Of a stretch of DNA of 20,000 nucleotides, positions 1-11,413 are shown in pieces. The notes below the pieces were generated by a model. The model searched no databases and was not told the origin of the DNA. It was given only the letters and a program-made list of their open reading frames with translations. Every line of letters starts with the position of its first letter. Position 1 is the first letter of the stretch. Origin of the DNA: Elsinoe ampelina (Eukaryota); assembly GCA_010093995.1 (NCBI GenBank), contig ML992507.1:318558-338557 (forward strand), written 5' to 3'. The position numbers and the translations under genes are program-made.

Positions 1-152
1 TAACCCAAGCCCTTGACCCGACCCGATACGCTACGGTCAACCCATAACCACGCCCCCACGCACATGCCGATCCCCGTTCGCACCATGCCGTATACACTCG
101 GCCACGCCGATCCTACGCCCGTCACTCTCGACATCCAGACCTCGTCCTAGTG

Positions 153-1411
153 CTAGTCCACCAACGCCTCCGAAATCTCAACCACCACCCTCTTGGCCCC
201 CGCGTCCCACCGCTTCATCACAACGCTCCGCATGTCTCGCACGATCCAGTCCGCGCCTGCCTCGCGCAGTTGCGGGATTTCATGGCTCGTCGCGAGGGCT
301 ACGACTTTGAAGCCTGCTGCTTTGCCGGCGCGGATGCCGCTGGGGGCGTCTTCGAGGACGAGGATGTCTCTGCCTTTGTCTGTACCCTTGGATATTGTGT
401 TGTTGGTGGTGCCGTTTGCGACGCTTGAGGTGGCCGGGGAAGGGGAAGGGGAAGGGAAAGTGATGCCCAATCGTTCTGCGCCGAGGAGGTAAGCTGCTGG
501 ATCGGGCTTGCCCTTTTCTACTTGCTCTGCTGTAATGAGGTTGCGGGGTTGCGCGAGCTTCATGACGTCGATCCAGCCTTGCACTAGGGGTCGGGTGCCT
601 GAGGTGACGATCGCCCAGGGGACGGAGGCGGCTTCGAGGGAGGAGAGAAGGGCGCGGGCGCCGGGGATCTCGACGGCGTCGGAACCGTGCTGGAGGGGGA
701 CGAGGCCTTCGGCTTTGCAGATGTCTGGCTGGCAAATTAGTAAGTGTTCGATGTGGATACGGTCGGGACGTGAATTCAAAAGATCAAGTCTGGGAGGTGA
801 GCGTTGGCTTGTGAAGTGTGTGGCTGGTGAGCCCCGGAGAGTATTGTCAGGGGTCGCAACTAGGAAGTCGAAGTATAAGTCGTCACCTGGTATTCGTACT
901 CTTGGTCATGCACTGTCGTCCCACAGACACCGGTAGGTGACATGGCAAGGGTGAAGGAGCAAGACTCACAATCCCAATTCGCCAAATGTGGCGCCAATAT
1001 CGCTAGAGTATCTATCGATCTCCGGCCGTGTGATGTGGCGAGGATAGTAGCAGGGTCAACGCCAATCTCTGCGCCTATACCGGCCCAGTACTTCTCTATC
1101 GCTGGCGTAGAGTCGATGATTGTGCCATCCATGTCGAAGAGCTGGTAGGTATCAGCATTGATACTGCTAGGTACAGCGATATACAGAAGCTGGAGACGAG
1201 TAATACAACGTATAACGAAGAGGCTGGATCAAATAGAGCAGAGAATGCTTCTCGGTAAGGGGGTTACGGAGATAGGGAAAGGGGCTTTGTCTTGTAGTGG
1301 GATGTCATATTGATGAGGACAAAGAAAGGGCAGAAGAAGCCAACGTACCAAAGCTTGGAAGCTGTGCTCCTCCGGCGGTGCAGTGAAGGAAGCTTTAGAA
1401 AGATCTGGCAT
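153..1411 (-). CDS. GPP1: HAD-superfamily phosphatase, glycerol-3-phosphate phosphatase (GPP1/RHR2, DOG-like); exons 1411-1349, 1141-970, 724-153; about 268 aa
   Basis: The spliced product has HAD motif I (LLFDMDGTIIDST), SHGRR, motif II (IVTSG), motif III (GKPDP) and motif IV (VLEDAPSGIRAG). Introns 1348-1142 (GTACGT..GCTGAT..CAG) and 969-725 (GTGAGT..ACTAAT..CAG) keep the frame (807 nt total). Substrate specificity is inferred. Confidence 0.88.
436..456 (+). repeat. (GGGGAA)3GGG microsatellite / G-quadruplex motif encoding an FPSPSPSP insert in the phosphatase
   Basis: Read directly: ggggaaggggaaggggaaggg. Lies in a low-complexity insertion between HAD motifs III and IV. Confidence 0.8.
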
Positions 1412-1943
1412 TTTGATACACTTATGATGTGAAAGCTATGCTTGGACACTGAATTGTTGGAGATTCAGTCGCCGTTCGGAACGAAGTCTGCTATATCCAC
1501 TTTATATGTCAAGACTTGTGACGAGACGCCTTGACTATGCTAGAAAAGAACATCCGTGATCGCTAACAATCCGATATTTTGAAAGGTTCTAAGATTTGGT
1601 TAGAGAGATACCCAACCTGTTGTTGATGAAATTCTTGCACGTCGGTTGAAGCCCAAAGAGGAAATCCCGACGGGGCTCAATGTTCTGCTGGAGCTCGTAT
1701 TTGCTTTGGCCATTGACCACAATATCCAACAACATTCATCGTCACTGGGCATATATAATTGGAATTCAATGATTGATGTCGCGATCTCTTTGATATATGC
1801 GAAATAATGTACGCAACCGAGGTAGCGAGGAAAGTCGCCGACGAGGATAGACCGGTCGACATCGCTTTCTTTGCACCTCCTTGATTAGACCGCGACACGG
1901 TCTTCACCTGACAGATCTGGAGGTCAGCATCCGTGCTGAAAGT

Positions 1944-2121
1944 CCCCTGTTGAGCTAGCAGAGTAATGTCCGAAGCAAATTAAGGCAAAGATGCATCACC
2001 GTAGCACACTTTGCTAGCCCCCTCATTGAACGCCACGTCTTCAGCTGAGCTGCATTTTTGTGTTGCACAAGGGGCTGTGCCTTCTTCTGGTAGTATTCCA
2101 TGCCATGCGGACATCTCCCCT
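1944..2121. promoter_or_regulatory. Four STRE-like (CCCCT/AGGGG) motifs in the divergent GPP1/DUF3176 promoter
   Basis: CCCCT at 1944, 2019 and 2117; AGGGG at 2070. The motif is short and its function is unproven. Confidence 0.3.
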
Positions 2122-2177
2122 CACACTGACCAGGAGCGCGTTTAAATAAAACACTTCACTTTTGAACAGCGACCACA

Positions 2178-4638
2178 ATGACTAACGCGACAGCTGGGGG
2201 AAGCGACTACCACAGAGTCCCTGGAACAGATGCAGATGACGAGCTGCCATTAGGACAACAAGCTCTAAGCCGAAGACAATCCGATGTCTCGAATCCCTCA
2301 CGGTCTCCCACCGTGTCTCTCATGAACATTCATGAGACAAGCACTTCCGCTTCTCTGTCACAAGCAGATCCACAGCAGGAGAAGCCAGATACACATGGCG
2401 GGACGCCGCAGTCAGCTACATACCTTACTTCGAGGGGAGATCTGCGATTATCATGGTTTCAGCGTCGACAGTACTGGGCCAGTCGGCAATGGTTCTACGA
2501 GATTACAGCCTGCGTGCTCACAGCACTGTCTCTTGTCGGTATTGCTACTCTGTTAGCTGTCTATGATCGCAGACCTACTCCTGAATGGCCCCGTATAATC
2601 ACCATCAACTCTGCCATATCCATCCTGACTACTATCTTGAAGGGATCCATGATGTTCACGGTATCGAGTGGTAAGATGGACACAGATGCTTGCGACAAAG
2701 ACGACGCTGAACCTTGATAGGACTATCCCAACTGAAATGGACATGGTTTCTTGAACCAAGGAGATTAGATACCCTCAGTATGTTTGATGAAGCTAGCAGA
2801 GGACCGTGGGGAGCAACCATATTTCTCTTCGGTCGTGTCAAAAGGTGAGAACATGATACATCACTAGTAGGAATATGCTCTGACCTCACCTTAGCGTGAT
2901 AGCCTTGGCTGGCGCGCTCATCACCATCGTAGCCGTCGCCATTGATCCTTTCGCTCAACAAGTGGTCGTCTATGAATTGTGCCCACAAACGGATGCGGCG
3001 AGCGGTGCTCTCCTGACAAGGGCACAAGGCTTTGACAGCATACCGGCAGACTTCTCACAGATCCTTCAGAGATCGCTCGTCTCTAATCTCTACCGTCTGA
3101 ACGACGCACTGTTACCGCAGATCAATATATCGTGCTCGAGTGGGAACTGCACCTTTGATGGAAGAGATGGACATTACTCTTACCTCGGTATCTCACACTG
3201 GTGCGAAGACATCACAAGTACAATTGTCAATACCTCGACATGGGCCGTGGATGAAGTTTCTGGACCCTACACCTACAACAATTATAGCTTGCCCGGGTCA
3301 TCTTTGAATATCGTCACGCCATTGTGGAAGGACATTCGTGCCTTCGACGTTGGACAGAAAACTTATGCGGATCTCAATATCTCCTTCTTCACCTTCGAAG
3401 CCATATTCTTCACTCGCACCCCTACTCAGACTCAGCTCTACGATGTCCCGGTGATTCCTGAAATGCGAAATATCACCAATGAAACTGTGGCTGAACTGTA
3501 TTACCGCAGGCCGGAGGAACCTATGGCTATTCAATGCGGCTTTCGTCCAACAATCAAGACGGTCAATGTTACCGTGAACTCGAATCGACTGACTCAGCAT
3601 GAAACGTCCGTGGAGCACCTCCAGCTTACTGACAGGGGAGCTGGTACCGCACGCGGGTTTACCATCGATCCGTCATATATCGTTGTGAACGGCTCGTTGA
3701 TACTACCAGGGCCACCAATCGACAGTAGCGGTACCTCGATCGGGAACGTGCTCGTCAAAGATACCGTCTCGACAGCACGACGCCATAGGAAATCTGTCAG
3801 GGAGTCGTCGTGGAGACCAATGCAGCCTGAAGCCGGGATCATCATAGATGACTACGGCTACACTTACATGAAGTCTGTTGAACGCGTACTCAAGTCTGGC
3901 CAATGGAAGAATTGCACCATCTCCAAGACGGAACCCGACGAAGTACATAGCGTGCCTGTGTCGAAAGAAGGCAGCTACGCGGATATCGATAATCCCACGG
4001 ACTGGACATTCTACGAGCCAGAGTGCTTCTTCTACATGGACATCGCTGCAGACAGAGACATCACCCCTTATTTAAGGTCACTCCTATTGCCCGACGTCCA
4101 GATTAAGATTCCCGCAACACTGCCGGATCCTAGGAAAAATCAATACAATTGGGTAGTCGAACCGAGCATCAGTAACATGCACCTTCTGCCACTTTGGAAT
4201 AGCGGAAATGCAACCATGGCGAGTGTCAACCAATACGCCCAACGCCTGGCGGATACCATCACTGCCGTGATGATCAGCACATCAAACTCTTCGAAACCGG
4301 GCAATGAACCCGCCGTTGGGATCACAAGTGTGTACAAGACATGCGCAATCGTCACGTGGTACTGGTTACTACTGCCCGCGATACTGGCCGTCGTGACCGT
4401 GGTCTTCTTGGTAGTGGTCATTGTTCAATCAGGCCGACAAATGACACATCCAGATTGGCCGGGTCTGCTCAGGACTTCTCAAACTGCACTATTGATGTAC
4501 GATACCACAGACAAGAGTTTCGGGAGCTACGCAGGACCTAAGGATCAAGTGGTGGTAGAGGCTGCTGCTGAGAAGGTCATCACGACTTTGAGGAGAAGGA
4601 AGGTATCGGCAGACACGGCGATTCCAACACTCCCGTGA
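2178..4638 (+). CDS. DUF3176-family fungal membrane protein; exons 2178-2670, 2721-2844, 2895-4638; about 786 aa
   Basis: The spliced product has the family hallmarks ITINSAISILTTILK, GLSQLKWTWF, FDEASRGPWG, DPFAQQ, CSSGNCTF and a C-terminal TM segment (VTWYWLLLPAILAVVTVVFLVVVI). Both introns are 50 nt (GTAAGA..TAG, GTGAGA..TAG) and keep the frame. Confidence 0.85.
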
Positions 4639-5024
4639 GACTGGAGCAATCTGCTTACAAAGCTAGAAGGACTCGATCGAGTCTTGAATGCAAGGGTCAT
4701 TTTGGGATCAGCATTGTTGTGCTGAAATGCGATCGTCCCTGTATCTCGAGCGGAGGATCATTCTTGGCGAACTCTTCGACATTGTATCATATTCACGCTA
4801 ACGAACGCCATGATGATAATGTACTTTGATCTTTGACATGCTCTTGTTCATGCATGATCGATCTCATGCCCCTGGCATGGAGTAGATCCATAGTAGATCC
4901 ATGCTTAAAGCCGATATATCCATTTCGAGGCGGTGAGGACGAAATTATTCTGCCGACTTCCCACCTTCTCCCGCCGCTGAGCAACGCCGTCGGCCATGTT
5001 GATCACAACACCACATCGTTAAAC

Positions 5025-6713
5025 ATGAAGGTTGGAAGTGAGTTCCAATATACCGATAGTATATGAACTTGGCTAACCAGAGCAGAACCTCAATCAAAAC
5101 GCACGCCCGTGCGATTACGGCATAAGATTCAAAAGGCTTCGGCAGCGAAGCAGAAAAAAGCGAGAAAGGATGCCAAAAAGGTAGATGAGGTCTGCGCAAA
5201 GTCGTTCCAGCATCACTAATACCTTCAGAACCCAGAATGGCGCTCTCGATTAAAGAAGGACCCTGGCATCCCCAACCTCTTCCCTTTCAAGAACAAATTG
5301 CTCGAAGAGATCGAGGAGTCGAAGCGACAGAAGGAAGCCGAGAAGTTGCGGCGACAAGAGCTTGCGAAGGCGCAGAGGCAAGGGCTGACAGTAGAGGCTA
5401 ATGCGGCTGAGACGGCCGAGGTTGAAGAGGAGGACGAGGAGCTTTTGGATCTAGCTGACGAGGATGGGGATGAGATGATTGACGATGGCGACGACTCAAA
5501 TCCGATGGCCGCTCTACTGGCTTCAGCGCGGGCCCGAGCCGCCGAATATGAGCAGGAGGCCTCTGGTGACGAGATGGACGAGGACGAGTGGTCGGGTCTG
5601 GACGAAGAGGAGGATGAAACCACAGTGGCGCCGAAGAAGGACTCTTCGCGGAAAGCTTTCGACAAGGCTTTCAAAACCGTCATCGAGTCTTCCGATGTGG
5701 TGCTCTACGTACTGGATGCTCGGGATCCTGATGGCACACGATCACGAGAGGTGGAGCGGCAGATCATGTCCGCAGCATCAGGGAGCAAACGTCTGATCCT
5801 GGTTCTGAACAAGATCGATCTCATTCCCTCGCCGATCTTGAAGGACTGGTTACGGCACCTCCGCCGCTCATTTCCGACGATTCCTCTTCGCGCCTCTACT
5901 CCATCCTCCAATGCCCGCACATTCGATCACAAGGCTTTAACAGTGAAAGGCACATCAGAGACGCTCTTCCGCGCCCTAAAGACCTACGCTCACGCATCGT
6001 CCCTCAAGCGTGCCATCACTGTTGGTGTGATAGGCTACCCGAACGTGGGCAAATCCTCGGTCATCAATGCACTCACATCTCGGCTTGGCAACCAGAAGAC
6101 TTCGTGTCCGGTCGGAGCAGAAGCTGGAGTCACCACATCTCTGCGGGAAGTCAAGATTGACAACAAACTCAAGCTCATTGACAGCCCCGGAATTGTCTTC
6201 CCTTCAGCCTCATCTTCATCAAAAGTCAGTGATACGTTGTCCAACGTGGCGAACGGGTCAGACAAACATGCCGAGGACAAAGCTCGACTGATTCTGCTCA
6301 ATGCCGTCCCACCAAAGGAGATCGAGGACCCAATACCGGCAGTGACTTTACTCTTGAGGAGACTTGGCTCTACACAAGAAGGAATGCAGAAGCTACTGGA
6401 TGTTTACGGACTTCCACCCCTGATGAGCAAGGATGGTTACTACACAACCGACTTCCTTGTTCAAGTGGCGAGGAAGCGTGGCAGGCTCGGCAAGGGAGGC
6501 GTGCCGAACATCTATGCGGCAGGCATGACTGTAGTGACGGACTGGTGGGCAGGTCGGGTGCAAGGATGGGTTGAGCCGCCAAAGGATGGCGAGAGCAGCA
6601 GTGGTGTCGGTGATCAGAAGGAGGTGGTGAAAGAGTGGAGCAAGGAGTTCAAGCTAGAAGGTCTCTGGGGTGACGATGAAGTCAAGGAGGTGGAGATGGA
6701 GGTGGAGAAGTAG
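5025..6713 (+). CDS. NUG1: Nucleolar circularly permuted GTPase Nug1/GNL3 (60S biogenesis); exons 5025-5037, 5086-5180, 5229-6713; about 530 aa
   Basis: Basic N-terminus (MKVGKPQSKRTPVRLRHKIQK...KKDPGIPNLFPFK), then LDARDP, G4 NKID, G1 GYPNVGKSS, G2 GVTT, G3 DSPG and RGRLGKGG. Both introns are 48 nt, GT-AG, with CTAAC/CTAAT branch points. Confidence 0.95.
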
Positions 6714-7253
6714 TGTACACCAGAGGATGTGTGCCAAAGGAATGATCTCACATGATACTCTGGGATTCGAGGGGAAATGGCAAAAGTAGATATTAGCATA
6801 CTGATACCCTTCAACAAGCTCGTTAACGACCATATCCTCATGATATTTTCTCCAGCATGTTTCGTACCAATTCAGCAGTCTTGGGACACATTTCTGTGTT
6901 TCCAGATATACCTGAACAGTCATGAGCATTTCAGACCATCCCGTTCGGCTTCGGAAATGCCAAGACCGATGCTTGTGAAGCTCGAGGTCGACTTCACCTG
7001 CCATCTCATCGTCCTCGAATTGATGCGCCCAAGTTGACGACTGCTTTTTCCGAGCTCAGAATCAAGTGGTACATTTTGTGGCAATCCAGCTGTACCTTTG
7101 CGATCACGTCGAGCCCATTCGTGTCGACCACGATATTCAATCGGTCCCGCAACATCACCGCTGCCTGGACATCCAACACTACATCAGGAGCAGCACATTG
7201 CTCCTGGACAATTGTAGAATCCCCCTCGCTGACATCCGAATTGCGCGAACACT

Positions 7254-8469
7254 ATGTCATATTTCTTCTCCACACCAGTCGACATCGACATTGTATTAGA
7301 AGATACAGATGAGCGGCCGACGGTAGATGTGAAACTGGACAAGAACAGGCGGGAGAAGGCACCACTGTATCTGGATGGAGAGAGCGTGAAGGGCGCAGTC
7401 ACAGTCCGGCCGAAAGATGGGAAGAGACTCGAGCACACGGGGATCAAGGTGCAATTTGTCGGGACGATTGGTAGGTTGTTTTCTTTCCAAGAGGCTCGAG
7501 GATGTTGGAAGGACTTGGAGTCAATTGGACAGCAAGCACCGGCTAGCAAGACGATTGTCAAGCCAGAGGACGATCAAGGCTGCTTTGCCAGCGACTCCTG
7601 CAGACACAACAAGTCGATCAAGACCCCAAGCTAACCCCCCCATCCAGAAATGTTCTACGACCGCACCGCCTCCCACGAATTCCTCTCCCTGCAAACCGAG
7701 CTCGCCGCCCCGGGCGAACTCCAACACCCACACACCTTCCCCTTCCACTTCAAAAACGTCGAAAAGCCCTACGAATCCTACTCGGGCATCAACGTCCGGC
7801 TCCGCTACTTCCTCCGCGTGACCGTCTCCCGACGCATGGCGGACGTGATCCGCGAAAAGGACCTCTGGGTATACTCCTACCGCATGCCGCCGGAGACCAA
7901 CAGCGTGATCAAAATGGACGTGGGTATCGAGGACTGTCTGCACATCGAGTTTGAGTACAGCAAGAGTAAATACCATCTCAAGGATGTGATTGTGGGGAGG
8001 ATTTATTTCTTGTTGGTGAGGCTGAAGATTAAGCACATGGAGTTGAGTATCATACGCAGGGAAACGTGTGGGGCGCCGCCGGGGCAGTATAATGAGAGTG
8101 AGACGTTGGTGAGGTTTGAGGTACGTTTTCTCCGCATCACTTTTATCCGTTCCCCTGCTTCCTCCAGCTCCTTCCCCCTGGCCTTGCCCCCTCCTTCCCA
8201 TCGGCAACTGACTCGGGCAATAGATCATGGACGGCTCCCCCTCCCGCGGCGAGACGATTCCCATCCGCTTGTTCCTGGGCGGCTTCGACCTCACGCCTAC
8301 ATTCCGCGAGGTCAACAAGAAGTTCAGCACGAGATACTACCTCAGTCTGGTGCTCATCGATGAGGACGCGAGGCGGTATTTCAAGCAGAGCGAAATTGTG
8401 CTCTTCAGGCAGGCGCCTGAGGGGCATGAGTTGGCGCAGAAGCAGGCGAGGGAGATTGCGCAGAGCTGA
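7254..8469 (+). CDS. VPS26: Retromer subunit Vps26; exons 7254-7470, 7648-8120, 8224-8469; about 311 aa
   Basis: Conserved segments LEHTGIKVQFVG, VEKPYESYSGINVRLRYF, IKMDVGIEDCLHIEFEYSKSKYHLKDVIVGRIYFLLVRLKIKHME, FEIMDGSPSRGETIPIRLFL and DEDARRYFKQ. Introns 7471-7647 and 8121-8223 are GT-AG and keep the frame. Confidence 0.97.
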
Positions 8470-8993
8470 GAGACGGGTTGAGCACGATGGGAGACGTGGT
8501 TGGAGGGTGGCGGGCTCGGGGCAGGTAGAGATGGCTCGAGTGTGGGTCTAGCGAGATCGGCTCTCCGTTAATGGAAGGGAGCAGGGTAGGATAGCAATGT
8601 CCAAGCGAGAGACGAGACTCGAGGCATGTCTTTGAAGGGCCAAGGTCACCAGTGATGAGATTGGTAAGGACTCACTAGAAGCACGAAGAGGCTGTGAGTA
8701 GACAGAGGGGTGTAGAAAGTGATGCAGCGCTTGCTTTTTGCCACGCCATGGATATAATCCAATCAAAAATATCCCAACATCATCGGCGCCGTCGTGTGCC
8801 CGATCAAGCCACATGTCTACTCATGTCCTCTTCATCTTCCCCTCATCACACTTTCCAGTCCACACCACCACTCCCTCGTCGATCTTCTGTCCTGGACGCC
8901 TCTCTGCTCCTCTTCCCGCCATCCTCCCATCCCACCCCCCTCCCTTTCTCACCTCCTTCCTACCCCTCCGTCCCCCTTCTCCTTCTCGGATCC

Positions 8994-10904
<1,911 letters not shown>

Positions 10905-11413
10905 CTTGAGCGAGGAGGAGAAGCGACGGGAAATGGAGGAGAGCCTACGATGATAGCGAGCCAGACACTACCCTGGTCTTATTACTGTGGACGCCAGGAA
11001 ATGGTTGACACGCTATCTACGGATATGAAGCACTGTTTGTAGTCGTTGTGAGAGCTTCAAGGTATGCCCAAGGGGCCCCTCGCTCGGAGTTCGGTTATCC
11101 ACGGTCAGGGTCGAGCTCAACGTCCCCGCAGTGGGCTCTAGAGCCGAGAGAGAGATGCCTTTTGATGTGGAGCCACGATGTCGGCCTGCCTTTGAGTGTC
11201 TCACTGGAACCCGGCATGGTCGCGTGATGCGAGCTCAATTACGTGAAAGAAAGCTCGGTGCCGTGGATAATTGTCATTACAAGGTATCTACCTTGAGCGA
11301 GCTCCTTAGCTATGCAATATTTGCTCCGATCAAGCGCATCAACGTGCGCTAAGCTATACTACGTGGGAAGCAGGTAGCAATGGATCACTCAATAATAATA
11401 TACGAGAGTCCCT

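Noticed and set aside
1..150. Loosely periodic C-rich stretch resembling a tandem or telomeric repeat
   Set aside because: There is no consistent repeat unit. It is the GPP1 3' flank and part of the C-rich half of a skew unit.
5072..5085. Tandem acceptors CAG-AG-CAG in NUG1 intron 1 as alternative splicing
   Set aside because: The first CAG directly abuts the CTAAC branch point and would shift the frame. Only the second gives the conserved N-terminus.
7471..7647. 177-nt VPS26 intron as a stwintron or snoRNA host
   Set aside because: I found no internal branch/acceptor that rebuilds a donor site and no clear C/D or H/ACA box pair.
10905..11413. GATA (AreA), SYGGRG (CreA) and CCGG sites upstream of PUT2
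   Set aside because: They are biologically plausible but short and sparse, and cannot be told from chance without conservation data.
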